NCBI RefSeq assembly: GCF_006345805.1
Contig: NC_043001.1
Span: 128,774,001 to 128,838,000, forward strand
Length of the DNA: 64,000 bases
Direction: 5' to 3'
Source: Octopus sinensis
Taxonomy: Eukaryota
Of this stretch, positions 24,120-37,186 are shown piece by piece. The notes under the pieces were generated by a model that made no database searches, was not told where the DNA came from, and saw only the letters and a list, made by a program, of their open reading frames with translations. Within the stretch, counting starts at the first letter, position 1. Each line of letters begins with the position of its first letter. The position numbers and the translations under genes were made by a program.

Positions 24120-25678
24120 TTGGGTGCGGTGAATAAATTGTCTAAATTATGCAAAAATGAAAATAACACTGGCGTCTTATTTTAATAGATATATTTACGA
24201 AAATTACATAAAAATATCTTGAAATACTAAAGAGTATTCGATAAAATCGCCATGGCTTCAACCAAGGCCTCCAAACGACTTCTGGACGGTCTCCTTGTTT
24301 AAGTTGGTGAATGCTTCCATAATCCTTGCCTTCAGTTCATCTTTGGTGTTACAAAGGAGTTTTGTTTGGTCTTGCACTTCTCACATAATAATCAAGGAGG
24401 TTGCAGCCTGGGGAGTTAGTTGGCCAGATGTTAAGGGTGATGTGGTCGCAGAAATTGTCTGACAGCCATGACTGGGTTCTCCAGCTTACACAGCATGGAG
24501 CAGAGTCCTGTTGCCAGATATTGGGTCTTCCAGTAACTACCCTGTTGACCCAAGGCAGCACTACCTCCTCCAGGCACTTGATGTAGGCCTCCGTGTTGAG
24601 TCTGAGGCCGTGTGGGAAAATGAATGGAGGCATAACTTCGCCATCACTAGTGATCACTTCAAACACCATGATGTTGACTAGATGTTTGATTTTTATCACT
24701 CTGTACGTTTTGAGGACATGGCAAGCCAACGGTTGATCTGTGCCTTCACCAGTCGTACCTATTTCATTATTACCCACAAGGGGCTAAACACAGAGGGGAC
24801 AAACAAGGACAGACATAGGTATTAAGTCGATTACATCGACCCCAGTGCGTAACTGGTACTTAATTTATCGGCCCCGAAAGGATGAAAGGCAAAGTCGACC
24901 TCGGCGGAATTTGAACTCAGAATGTAACGGCAGACGAAATACCACTAAGCATTTCGCCCGGCGTGCTAACGTTTCTACCAGCTTGCCGCCTTATTTCTGC
25001 CAACTCGCCGCCTTATATGCCTTCACCATTCGTTCCGCTTACAGTTGCATCCAGCAGCAGGGGCTACTGGCAGAAATGTTTCTCGTCTGAGAGAAAGTAA
25101 AGCATATTCGGTTGGAGGGGGTGCTTGAGTTTGTTCAAAAGCTTCGTAGCACAGTCTTTCCTCTTGTCCTTGATGGCTTGAGATAAAAATTAGCCCTTTC
25201 TCATCTTGTATGAAGAATACTGAATATCTTCATGCATTACCTTCCTGATAAGAAACTCGGACACTCCCATGTCCCTGGTGATAGACCTGATTGACTTGGA
25301 GGGAGCGTTGTCAATCATGGCCTGAATCTCACCAACAAATTCAGGTGTTATTTTCTTATCAAAACGATCAGAGTGTGTTTTCCAAGCTGTCGTACCTTCG
25401 TAATCACCATTAGACTCATCCATCTCTTTCTGAATCCTCTGCACTGTTCTCAGATTGATCAAAACACTCTGGAATGTTTGAATTGGAGCTTCCGGTGTGA
25501 ATGCCAAGTAGTACAGCATGTCGTTTCCAAATTTCTAGCAGTGTAAAATGCATCATAGTACAGCTTTCCTCACAGACGGTGCCCAACGGATCTTACTGCG
25601 TAGTCGACAAAATCAAAAATAATGGGCAAGCGCGAAATTGAAAATATAAAGTAGCGACAATTTACCTATTGCACCCTG
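24120..25678 (-). mobile_element. Tc1/mariner superfamily transposon (maT/DD37D-like), decayed
   Basis: TIRs (TA)TTGGGTGCGGTGAATAAATTGTC / GACAATTTACCTATTGCACCCTG(TA); HTH-like SKSIRSITRDMGVSEFLIR; WQQDSAPC and WPTNSPGCNLLDYYV motifs; interrupted by a SINE. Confidence 0.85.
24757..25017 (-). mobile_element. OK-type SINE with 16-bp TSD inside the Tc1/maT element
   Basis: TGCCTTCACCA(G/T)TCGT at 24741-24756 and 25018-25033. Confidence 0.9.
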
Positions 25679-25693
25679 TATACACATACATGC

Positions 25694-25727
<34 letters not shown>

Positions 25728-25728
<1 letters not shown>

Positions 25729-25905
25729 TCTTTACTACCCACAAGGGGCTAAACACAAAGGGGATAAACAAGGACGTACTTAATTTATCGACCCCGAAAG
25801 GATGAAAGGCAAAGCCGACCTCGGCGGAATTTGAACCCAGAACGTAACGGCAGACGAAATACGGCTACGCATTTCGCCCAGCGTGCTAACGTTTCTGCCA
25901 GCTCA
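25728..25905 (-). mobile_element. OK-type SINE with internal deletion
   Basis: TTTCTTTACTACCCACAAGGGG...TTTCTGCCAGCTC. Confidence 0.8.
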
Positions 25906-25914
25906 AACTCTTTC

Positions 25915-26467
25915 ATTCATTCATTCATACATATATACATACATACATGTATCATACATACATACATACATACATACATACATACATACATACATACATG
26001 TATACATACATACATACATACATGTATCATACATACATACATACATACATACATACATACATGCATGCGTACATACATACATACATACATATCTGTACAT
26101 ACATACATACATACATACATACATACATACATGCATACATACATACATACATACATACATACATGCATACATACAACATACATACATACATATATACATA
26201 CATATCTATACATACATGCATACATACATACATACAGACATACATACATACATACATACATACAAACAGACATGCATACATACACACACACACACATACA
26301 TACATACATACATACATACATACATACATACATACATACATACGTGCATGCATGCATGCATACATACACACACACACACACATACATACACACACACACA
26401 CACACATACACCCCCCACACACATACATACATACATACATACACACACATACATACACTCCCCCCAC

Positions 26468-26498
<31 letters not shown>

Positions 26499-26535
26499 TA
26501 CATACACCCCCACACACACATACATACATACATAC
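25915..26535. repeat. (CATA)n/(CA)n microsatellite
   Basis: Directly visible. Confidence 0.95.
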
Positions 26536-26695
26536 AAGGCAATCAATAGGCAGAGTTGTTACAGGATCGAATAAAATGTGTTGTAATATTTGTTGCTTCT
26601 GTATTCTGTGTTAAAATTCTACTAAGTTTAACGTTGCCTTTTACTTTTTTCAAGGTTGATAAATAAAATACCAGCCCAGTGTTGTCTCTCACCAG

Positions 26696-26764
26696 CTGTC
26701 ATTAACTGGATGTTCACCTGGCTGGCAGGCCTGAGGGCTGCTGTGTCTATGTATGACAATATGG
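26696..26764 (+). CDS. Candidate internal exon (phase 1-1, 69 nt), peptide VINWMFTWLAGLRAAVSMYDNM; product unknown
   Basis: Acceptor TGTCTCTCACCAG, donor G|GTATGT; only one open frame; in phase with 27613-27667. No family recognised. Confidence 0.35.
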
Positions 26765-26806
26765 GTATGTAAAACCTTTTAAAAAAAGCATGATACGTAC
26801 TAATAC

Positions 26807-27230
26807 TGAAGGCGGCGAGCTGGCAGAACCGTTAGCACGCCGGGCGAAATTCGCAGCCGTATTTCGTCTGCCGTTACATTCTGAGTTCAAATTCCGCCGA
26901 GGTCGACTTTGCCTTTCATCCTTTCGGGGCCGATAAATTAAGTACCAGTTACGCACTGGGGTTGATATAATCGACTTAATCCGTCTGTCTGTCCTTGTTT
27001 GTCAACCTCTGTGTTTAGCCCCTTGTGGGCGTGCGAAATGTGTAGCCGTATTTTGTCTGCCATTACGTTCTGAGTTCAAATTCCGGCGAGGTCGACTTTG
27101 CCTTTCATCCTTTTGGGGCCGATAAATTAAGTACCAGTTATGCACTGGGGTTGATATAATCGACTTAATACCTATGTCTGTCCTTGTTTGTCCCCTCTGT
27201 GTTTAGCCTCTTGTGGGTAGTAAAGAAATA
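26807..27230 (+). mobile_element. OK-type SINE dimer flanked by a 15-bp direct repeat
   Basis: GATA(C/T)GTACTAATAC at 26792-26806 and 27231-27245. Confidence 0.88.
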
Positions 27231-27612
27231 GATATGTACTAATACCAAATCACCCTCGATTACAACTGATCGCCATGATACACACACGCATGCACGCACA
27301 CACACACACACACATTGTCAGTAGTTCATATATCCAAAACAGAAGCAGAATCTTAAGCATTAGAGCAGTAATATATTTTTTAGGAAGTTTGGTGCCCCAG
27401 CATGGCCGCGGCCTTCGGGCTAAAACATTTTAAAGGATTTATACCTATACGGCTAAACGCTTTATAGCTGCGAAACCAATGGTCACTCTACGACCGGCCA
27501 TAACTTTTAACTTCCCGATATATATATTTACATATTAAGTAAAAAGCAGCTCTAGTATAATAAACATTATTAACCAGGTATGGTTAATAATATTTAGGTT
27601 TGCAATTTCCAG

Positions 27613-27667
27613 GTATGCCAACACATTATTTTACAAGCTATGAGCATATAAGTTGTGGACTGGCTGG
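27613..27667 (+). CDS. Candidate internal exon (phase 1-2, 55 nt), peptide (G)MPTHYFTSYEHISCGLA(G)
   Basis: Acceptor TTTGCAATTTCCAG, donor GG|GTAACT; the other two frames are closed. Confidence 0.33.
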
Positions 27668-28146
27668 GTAACTTGCCTTCAGCTCTGGCTGGTACGTGAT
27701 GTTGATGAGCCACAAAAATGGGGAAACATCAGCGTCCATCACTGCCAAATGGGATTGAAAGTGAGTTACCTCGTCTGTCCATGACTCTGAGGTATTTTAA
27801 CAACCGGTACACTGTAAGTGTATGTACTGAGCCACGCTATTGCAACCACCGGAAAATACATGAAGCATATATGTTAAGTATATGTTAAGTATACGTTAAG
27901 TATATGTTAAGTGTATGTTAAGTATATGAATAATATACATTTGTTTGTTTGTTCGTTCATTCGTTCGTTCGTACGTACGGCTTGCTTGCTTGCATGCTTG
28001 CTTGCTTGCATACATACATACATATAGGAAAAATAAGAATGGAGAAAATCACATCTTTAATTGGTGATTACCCCATACATTACTGACAATGGTTTCTGTT
28101 GTGCCAGCATACTTAGATACAGAAAAAAGTATAAAATATCAGTTAA

Positions 28147-29232
28147 CCCTTTCGTTACTATATTTCTGACCAAAATACACCCCTTATGTGTTTCAATTAA
28201 TTTCTAACATAATCATAAATTTAGTCTGGTTTCATTAAACAACTATAACATTTTTATTTATCAATATATTAACGTGATTTTTGGAAGATAATTTAATGAA
28301 ATGTTCTCAACCAATTCTATACTATAATTTTTGTCACAAAGTGACTCTAATTGCAGGTAGATACAGGTAAATTCAACAAAATATAAAATTATTAAAATTT
28401 TGTTCAAACATCGCTATAGAAAATGGGTTATTAGCTAATATTCAATTGGGTATACAACAAAATTTTACGATAGAATTTGTTATTCTGGGTAACTTTCTGA
28501 TACCCATAATAATATTTATGGCAAAATAGTCTTAATTTCATTTAAGGTTGTGGGAAACCACTAACTATCCTTTCTTTCGCTTTGTTTACATTTACCGTAA
28601 CGGTTCGTTTCCGCCGTAATGATTTCAAATAGGCTCATTCGAAAAAGTAAAAAGAAATAGTCTAAGGCTTTACTCTTCTGGGAAAGTCTGTGGTTTGGTC
28701 CAGTTTCTTCAGAAAAATCACCGAAAGAAACAGTTTTAAAATTTTCATTCCATTCAGGTGCCAATTCATTTTCTTTATCGCTGTCGGAGCTCTCGGATTC
28801 GCTGTTTTCACGTTCGGAAAATGAAACATCAGATTCATTATCAAATACCACGTGCTCTTTTTTTTCAGTCATAGAGTTAGATTTATGAAGGTCTTCAGTA
28901 GAAAATCCTTCGAATTCTGACTCGCTGCTTGATATAATGAAATTCGTATCCATTTTTTGTCAGAATTACAAATTTTGAAAACACAATAGGAACAAATTTC
29001 GGAAAAAAATCTCCCAAAATTCATGGAATTAAAATTACACTTCGATTGTTGTACAAAACTGTAGTTGAACTGTTTACGAAGTATAATACGTGTTTTCACG
29101 AATGTACCAAAGAGATTTGCTCTGATATTCTCATTTGAATATGAATAGGTAAATACGGGCGTGTTTGGGCGGTTTGGTCACATTAAACAAAAGTTTTTTC
29201 GGGCGGCTTTGGGCGGTTTGGTAACGAAAGGG
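28147..29232 (-). mobile_element. piggyBac internal-deletion derivative retaining the transposase N-terminus (ORF 28561-28953)
   Basis: TTAA TSDs (28143-46, 29233-36), TIR CCCTTTCGTTAC / GTAACGAAAGGG; acidic N-terminus then ALDYFFLLF...IITAETNRY, typical of piggyBac transposases. Confidence 0.9.
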
Positions 29233-29418
29233 TTAAATTAACATATCCAAAAATAAATGCTAACACAACGTTATCAAGGCAATAGAATACATGAAGAATT
29301 ACTTGGATATTTTTTCTACTTGCATTTATTGGTATCTGATTATTTGATATAGTTAACCAAACATTGAGTGTTTTATAGATATCTGCCTGAATTTATCAAT
29401 CCTTTTTACTTATATGAG

Positions 29419-29830
29419 TAGGAGTGGCTGTGTTGTAGTTACTTTCTTACCAACCACATGGTTCCGGGTTCAGTCCCACTGCGTGGCATCTTGGGCAAGT
29501 GCCTTCTACTATAGCCTCAGGCCGACCAAAGCCTTGTGAGTGGATTTGGTAGACGGAAACTCAAAGAAGCCCGTCGTATATATGTATATATATATGTATG
29601 TGTGTGTATATGTTTGTGTGTCTGTGTTTGTCCCCCTAGCATTGCTTGACAACCGATGCTGGTGTGTTTACGTCTTCGTCACTTAGCGGTTCGGCAAAAG
29701 AGACTGATAGAATAAGTACCTAGCTTACAAAGAATAAGTTCCGGGGTCGATTTGCTCGACTAAAGGCGGTGCTCCAGCATGGCCGCAGTCAAATGACTGA
29801 AACCAGTAAAAGAGTAAAAGAGTAAAGAGT
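29419..29830 (+). mobile_element. OR-type SINE, full length
   Basis: As at 1157. Confidence 0.9.
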
Positions 29831-29844
29831 ATATATATGTATAT

Positions 29845-30260
29845 ATCATCATCATCATCATCGTTTAACGTCCGTTCTCCATGCTAGCATGGGTTGGACG
29901 GTTCGACCGGGGATCCGGGAAGCCAGAAGGCTGCACCAGGCTCCAGTCTTATCTGGCAATGTTTCTACAGCTGGATGCCCTTCCTAACGCCAACCACTCC
30001 GTGAGTGTAGTGGGTGCTTTTTACGTGCCACCTGCACAGGTGCCAGGCGAAGCTGGCCACGGCCACGGTCGGATTGGTGTATTTTACGTGCCACCGGCAC
30101 GGAAGCCAGTCGAGGCGGCACTGGCATTGGCCACGAGTCGGATAGTGCTTTTTACGTACCACCAGACCAGGGATCCTGGCTGGTTCAATTCGATTTCGAT
30201 TTCGCTTGCCCCAACATGTCTTTGCAAGCAAAGGGATTGGCATGGGTGCCTGTCGTCGGA
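29845..30260 (-). mobile_element. RTE-tailed SINE with (ATG)n tail
   Basis: ATCATCGTTTAACGTCCGTTCTCCATGCTAGCATGGGTTGGACGG...GGATGCCCTTCCTAACGCCAACC; family repeated at 36643, 38722, 39262, 43513 and 59452. Confidence 0.8.
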
Positions 30261-30355
30261 TGAGGTTCTATATCGACTTCGATATAGAACCTCATATATA
30301 TATATAATATATTATATATATATATAATATATATAATATATATATATACACACAC

Positions 30356-31138
30356 AGTACTACTTTGGCATGTGATCTGCAATTTAAAGGGCGATTACTT
30401 TAGGTTACTTTTTAAATTTGTGCTACGGCTACTTTGGTGTGTGATCTATGTGAGCAAATTTACTTTGGTGTGTGATAATTTTATCGATAACTTGAGCAAA
30501 CATCTGCTTGAAATGCAAGAAAAAGGTTTGCAGCACTCTTCCTCATCTGTAACCAACAGAAATAATCAAGGTGAGATCGGAAGATTTTTTTTTGCTCATT
30601 CCTGTCATCTTTTTTCAAAATACGAATTTTTGAATCCAACCAGGTTCTTTCAGTTGCTTGAGTATTGGTTCCAGTATTTGGATCAACATAATGTCTTTGG
30701 TAGTTGAAGCAGAATAGCAGAAATTTAGGTGATTTAGATTGGAGCATATTGGCTATTTGTCAGAATGAATAACCAAATTTTCTGCAACTTTCCTTTGAAT
30801 TATGGAATTCGAGTGTTTCACGATTTCTTTATTTCTTTTTTCTACATAAAAATAATGGCAATCAGCACCTTTCTTCAATCCAAGGAACCTTCCGATCTCA
30901 CCTTGATCGTTTCTCTTGGCTACAGATAAGGAAGAGTGGTGAAGACCTTTCTCTTGCATTTCTAGCAGATGTTCACTCAATCTATCAATGAAATTGTTTT
31001 AATAATAATAAAGCCATGTTTCATTTATGTCATAGTAAATAAAAAAATGTAAAATAAACAACATTATAATTAAAATAAGCATGTAGATCACACACCAAAG
31101 TAAATTTGCTGATGTAGATCACACGCCAAAGTAGCACC
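30356..31138 (-). mobile_element. Merlin (IS1016/IS1595-like) DNA transposon derivative
   Basis: Minus strand YFYVEKR...IIQRKVAENLVIHSD and RHYVDPNTGTNTQATERTWLDSK (Merlin DDE motifs); termini AGTACTACTTTGGCATGTGATCT / AGATCACACGCCAAAGTAGCACC. Confidence 0.8.
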
Positions 31139-31189
31139 TATATATATATGTGCATGTATATATATATGTATATATATATAATATATATA

Positions 31190-31235
<46 letters not shown>

Positions 31236-31240
31236 AAAAA

Positions 31241-31804
31241 TTAGGGTGTCTAGGAGACACCAACATGCCGAAATAGCAGTCGAAATTCTGACTATAAAAC
31301 CACGTTAAGCGTTCATATCGTACCATGAGATAAGACAGAGGAGCAAAATATACAAGCAAAAATTATTGAATAATTCAAGATCCTGGATTACTGGTTTTGC
31401 TTTAAATAAGCTTTACCATCATCAATTGAATATATCAAGGGTACATAAATACAGATATATATATGCAGAGCAAACGATATACTTACATATGCGAACGTCC
31501 ATACACATATACATATGCACGTATGCACACGGCCAGTTAAATTGCCCGCCAAAAACCCCATAATCCTGATATGGTTAAAATAAGCACCGCAGTGAATATA
31601 ATAACGAATTATATAAATTTATATATGAGGATAATATCGATATTTAAGTATCAATATTATCAAGTGGCCAGCATGGAAAAAATACCGTAAAAAGGTAATA
31701 ATTTTTAACAATTAAAAATAAGGGTTGCTAGGAGACACCAACATGCCGAAAGGCCACTTGATAATATTGATACTTAAATATCGATATTATCCTCATATAT
31801 AATT

Positions 31805-31806
<2 letters not shown>
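31241..31806. mobile_element. Unclassified (TA)n-embedded element with ~478-bp terminal redundancy and a 50-bp perfect inverted repeat
   Basis: CTAGGAGACACCAACATGCCGAAA at 31250 and 31728; IR arms 31620-31669 and 31752-31801. Confidence 0.6.
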
Positions 31807-31850
<44 letters not shown>

Positions 31851-32599
31851 CTTCTAGGATGAGTTTCAATTATGAAATCTTTTTTTGAATACAGTCAAAG
31901 CAGTATCACACTAAAAGACAGAGAGGGGAAAACAGACAAAGAAGCCAGGAAAAATGTGAACAAACCCAAAACCCAAGTACAAAAATGGGGTCATAACCCC
32001 GAAATATTGAATACAAGGTAAGTCTACATTAATTAACATATTTGTTTTCTTGTGATTTACCTTGCATTTACTTCGCATTGCTTTGGCCTTACCCATGATA
32101 CAATACATATCCTTTATACAGACCTCAGCCAAACTGTCCTACACATGCCAGCATGGAAAATGGACATTATATGATGATGATGATGATGATGATGATATAT
32201 GTGTGTGTGTGTATTAGAAAAAGGGATTAAAAATCCAGGCGAATACATTTTAAACATTCTGTTAGAGTCAAATTGGCTGACCAAATTGGTCACTCGATTT
32301 CCGTAGAATCCTATTCAACTAAATATGGATCGATTAATATGCTGGGTTAATATATCGCTGAATTATGCAATACCAATGTATCTGGAATGATTGTAACATT
32401 TAAAAATGTATAATTTTCCTTTTTTTTTGTGTTATCCATCAAACGATCGAAGGGGAAGTAAAATATTTACTCACACCTTCACTAAAACTTTCTTTAGGTT
32501 GGCTGCACTACCTTCAGCACTCGTGCTGAAAGATAGTACTCATGTGAGCACACAGCCAAAGTTTGACCTTGATTGCTCCAGTTTTCTTTCTCGTGTTAT

Positions 32600-33330
32600 A
32601 GAGTAAACACAGCTGCTCTGCTGGTATTGTGCAGCAAAGAAGAACAAAGATAAGTGTTCCAATTTCTCTAGTCTGAAGGTGTGTCAGGGGCTGAAATTCA
32701 TTGCAGGCTTTCTGTACAATATAACAACAGTGATCTATTGCGTAGAAGTGTGTATGAGTTAACTGAGTTTAAAAATGGTCAGACAAACACGAAGTATGAA
32801 GATAGAGCCGGACGTCCATCAACCTCCACCTTTGACATAAAGATTCAACAAGCTCGAGAGATGGTTCTGGTGAACCAACGACTAGTTATTGATGAGGTAA
32901 TATAGTCTCCACAAATTAGTCATAGTTATGCATATGAAATCATCCACAACATGCTTCGTTTCCATAAAGTCTGTGCGAGATGCGTGCCATGAGAGCTTAC
33001 TGAAGTGCACAAGTGCAGTCGTGTAGAGATGTCAACACTTATTCGACCACTACAATGACGAAGGTGAAACATCTTTGGAGAGAATAGTCACAAGAGACAA
33101 GACCTGGGTCCATAACTTTGAGTCAGAATCCCAAAGACAGAGTATAGAGTGGAAAAACCTTGGAGTCACCAGTGAAAAAGAAATCCAAAATCAACCTTTT
33201 GAAGAAAAAATTATGCTGACTGTTTTGGGGTTGCAAGAGGGCCAATAATAAAACATTACCAGGAAAAGAGGTGTACAGTCATCAATGTAAGCTTCAGGGA
33301 AATGCTGATCAACAAACTGAATTCACACCA
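32600..33330 (+). pseudogene. mariner transposase pseudogene fragment
   Basis: GAEIH.RL..QY, EDRAGRPSTS, HKVCARCVP.ELT (WVPHEL-like), RIVTRDKTWVH (TGDETW-like); frameshifts and stops. Confidence 0.85.
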
Positions 33331-33533
33331 AATGTCAAGGTCCATTGTCAATTAACACCAAACGCAGAGGTCCTTTGTCAAAGCAAGGTAGGGTTTGCTG
33401 TATGCATGCCTACTACAGACACTACCTTTTTCTGGCAAAGGCTTATATGTCCCAATATTAGACTATTTCCCTTAGTCAATGCACAGTGATTGCTATAAGC
33501 TTTAAGCTTATAAAACATTATTATTATTTACAG

Positions 33534-33600
<67 letters not shown>

Positions 33601-34328
33601 ATGCCATCTATAAGTCATATGTTATGGAAATATCTTGTTGAAAACCAAATTCACTGCAGTATTCGTCTGGATAATATCTCTTACAAGTATGTTGTATTTA
33701 AAAATAATATATATATATTAAAAATGGGGAAGACTGGTTTTGGGGATTACCTTGTTGTTGTTGGAGCTGGGACCAATAATATTGTATAACAAAATTTTAA
33801 CTTTTTTTGGTCTTTGGTCAATGTTATTTCCTATTTGCTTCTATCTAGAAATCGAAGGAAATGACTTCTATTCCCTTCAAACTTTACTTTTGTGACCTTG
33901 ATATTAATGTTTGCTAACTGACCTATTTTCCATTACATTTCAGACAGATTCAGTGCTGAGTTGCTGAAGCAGAAATATCATTATAGCAAATATTCTGCTC
34001 AATATCACAGATACACTTGTCATTTGCTTCGCTGTAATCAGTTGAGCATGTCCCTTAGTGGTTAATAATATGTGTATCTCTGATCATGAGCAGGAGTAAC
34101 ATGGTGGAGTATCATGGCCATGTGTTGAGAGGGTTTCTTTGGGGTTTGAATAAATGTAACAAAAGCAAAGTTTGAGGGAAATATTAGCCATTTTTCATAA
34201 TTTCTCGGAGTAAGCAAATAGGAAATATCAGTTGCCACCCAAGGACAAAAATCATGTTACACAGTGTAATCTATGAGCCTTTAGGATCAATATTTTATCC
34301 ACTCAGCCATAGTACCTCTATAGCAATA

Positions 34329-34499
34329 GACGCAGGAGTGGCCGTGTGGTAAGTAGCTTGCTAACCAACCACATGGTTCCGGGTTCAATCCCACTGCGTG
34401 GCATCTTGGGCAAATGTCTTCTGCTATAGCCCCAGGCCAACCAATGCCTTGTGAGTGGATTTGGTAGAGGGAAACTGAAAGAAGCCTGTCGTATATATG

Positions 34500-34545
<46 letters not shown>

Positions 34546-34750
34546 ATGTTTGTGTGTCTGTGTTTGTCCCCCTAGCATTGCTTGACAACCGATGCTGGTG
34601 TGTTTACGTCCCCGTCACTTAGCGGTTCGGCAAAAAAGAGACCGATAGAATAAGTACTGGGCTTACAAAGAATAAGCCCCGGGGTCGATTTGCTCGACTA
34701 AAGGCGGTGCTCCAGCATGGCCGCAGTCAAATGACTGAAACAAGTAAAGC
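34329..34750 (+). mobile_element. OR-type SINE, full length
   Basis: As at 1157. Confidence 0.9.
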
Positions 34751-34959
34751 AATGATACCTCAGATGCTAGTTGGAGTGCTGGAGTGAGTGAGTATAATAA
34801 CACTTGTGCTTCATGAGTTGGAATTTAAAGCAAACTGTTGGACATGGAGGTGGTGGTGGTGATTTCATCTTTCATCTTATTGGACAATAAAGTATATTAA
34901 ATAAGTAAAGAAAAGACTGAAAGAAGTGGAGTCTTAGGAGATAGACAAATGAAAGATAG

Positions 34960-35440
34960 AGAGCAAGGGTGAGATTAAGAGAGTGATTGAGAGAGGGAGA
35001 AAGTGAGACTATAAAGGAGAGAGAGAGAGAGTGAGAATACAAAGGAGAGAGAGAGTGAGAATGCAAGGGAGAGAAAAAGAGAGTGAGACTGTAAGGGAGA
35101 GAGAGACCACAAAGGAAAGAGAGTGAGACTATAAGGGAGAGAGAGAGACCACAAAGGACAGAGAGACTACAAACGAGAGAGAGAGAGAGAGTGAAAGAGA
35201 CAGAGAGAGACTACAAAGGAAAGTAAGACTACTAAGCAAGAGAGAGAGAGACTACAAAGGAGAAAGAGGAAAACTACAAGGGAGAGAGAACAAGACTATA
35301 AAGAAAAGAGAATGAGAGTACAAAGGAGAGAGACTGAAAGAGGGAGAGAGAGAGGGAGAGAAAGAGAGAGAGTGGGAGAAGAAGGGTTAGAACGAGATAA
35401 GGGAAAAGAAGAGAGAAGGAGGAGGAGGAGAGAAAATGGA
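34960..35440. repeat. GA-rich degenerate repeat (GAGACTACAAAGG-type units)
   Basis: Directly visible. Confidence 0.85.
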
Positions 35441-35649
35441 AGGGATTAATCACAGAGGTTGTGGAAGATAATTAATTCCACTGCAACAGCTGTGGAAGTG
35501 TGTCAATGACCCGGGTCACAGAGAGACCCTGGATCAAAATTTTGATACCTCAAGAAGTTTAAAGAAGAGTGAGTAAAACAGGTTCAAATTTTTTTTTATG
35601 TGTTGAATGGCTGAGAATGATGCTTCCACAAAGTTACTGATTCAGTTTC

Positions 35650-36057
35650 GACGCGCAGGAGTGGCTGTGTGGTAAGTAGCTTGCTAACCAACCACATGGT
35701 TCCAGGTTCAGTCCCACTGCGTGGCATCTTGGGCAAGTGTCTTCTGCTATAGCCCCGGGCCGACCAATGCCTTGTGAGTGGATTTGGTAGATGGAAACTG
35801 AAAGAAGCCTGTCGTATATATGTATATATATATATATTCCTTTACTACCCACAAGGGGCTAAACATAGAGGGGACAAACAAGGACAGACAAAGTGATTAA
35901 GTCGATTACATCGACCCCAGTGCGAAACTGGTACTTAATTTATCGACCCCGAAAGAATGAAAGGCAAAGTTGACCTCGGCGAAATTTGAACTCACAACGT
36001 AACGACAGACGAAATACGGCTACGCATTTCGCCCGGCGTGCTAACAATTCTGCCAGA
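35650..36057. mobile_element. OR-type SINE head (+, 35650-35835) abutting an OK-type SINE (-, 35838-36057)
   Basis: Sequence identity to the other copies. Confidence 0.85.
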
Positions 36058-36584
36058 CACTTACCACACATGACAGCAGCACAAATGAAACCGAGAGTTA
36101 CCAAGAACAAACTGACGTATTTGGCGTTTGCACACCATACATCAGCGCCATCTATTGCTAAACTAAATAATGAACTTTCTCACTGTTTGTTTTGTTGCTG
36201 TTATTTCTTTAATTTTGAATTAAGACCGCTTTCATTATATCAAGTTTTATAATACAGCCTATATCTAGCTGAAAGTATAGCTATAATCTTGTGCATGCTC
36301 ATAACTCAAAATCCTGATGTACTAGAATAATTCTGTGGGTAGATTCTTAGACGTGAGTTATTAATTCCTCATAAGTTGTTAAAATTCGGAATTAGCATTC
36401 TTGATTTAGTCTGAAACACATGCTTTTACCCCAGTAGCAAAAATCTTTGCTGTCCAGTGAATCAGATTGTTACCTTATGCTCCATTGTATTCCTTGCGCA
36501 AAACTGATTGGTAAGATCAACTGTGATGGACATATAATACTATATATTTCACATAATTCACACACACACACACATACATGCACA

Positions 36585-37056
36585 TGTTGTAGGGAATTAG
36601 TAATAACAGTACAATTAGTAATAACAGCATGTAAAATGCACTAATCCGACCGTGGCTGATACCAGCCTCGCCTGGCTCCAGTGCAGGTGGCACGTAAAAA
36701 GCACCCACTACACTCATGGAGTGGTTGACGTTAGGAAGGGCATCCAGCTGTAGAAACATTGCCAGATAAGACCGGAGCCTGGTGCAGCCTTCTGGCTTCC
36801 CAGATCCCCGGTCGAACCGTCCAACCCATGCTAGCATGGAGAACGGACGTTAAACGATGATGATGATGATGATGAGTACACCCTTCCCATGTGACGGATG
36901 GAATAACCTAGTCTCTATAAGTACAGAGAAGTATGTGAAGTACCAGGGTACATGGCAGGTGGTCAGAGATAGCTGTGTCTTTATTGGATTTACTAAGTAT
37001 ACCATATACTGAAGTGGGCGTTATAACAATCTAACATATAAGAAGCATATATAACA
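36585..37056 (+). mobile_element. Gypsy 5' LTR (TGTTGTA...TATAACA), interrupted by an RTE-tailed SINE at 36643-36874
   Basis: TG...CA termini; followed by PBS-like GTGGTGACAAGGA (37057-37069) and gag. Confidence 0.65.
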
Positions 37057-37186
37057 GTGGTGACAAGGATTCAAGCAACTCACGAGGAATTAATAAACTT
37101 GAGGGGGATTTAAAGAACTCATGAAAATTTTAACAACTTATGAGGAATTAATAACTCACGTCTAGTTATCAAACTCACAAAAGATT

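Noticed and set aside
27440-27500. Hammerhead half (stem II, GAAAC-caatg-GTC)
   Set aside because: No CUGANGA core or stem I partner upstream; at best a truncated relic.
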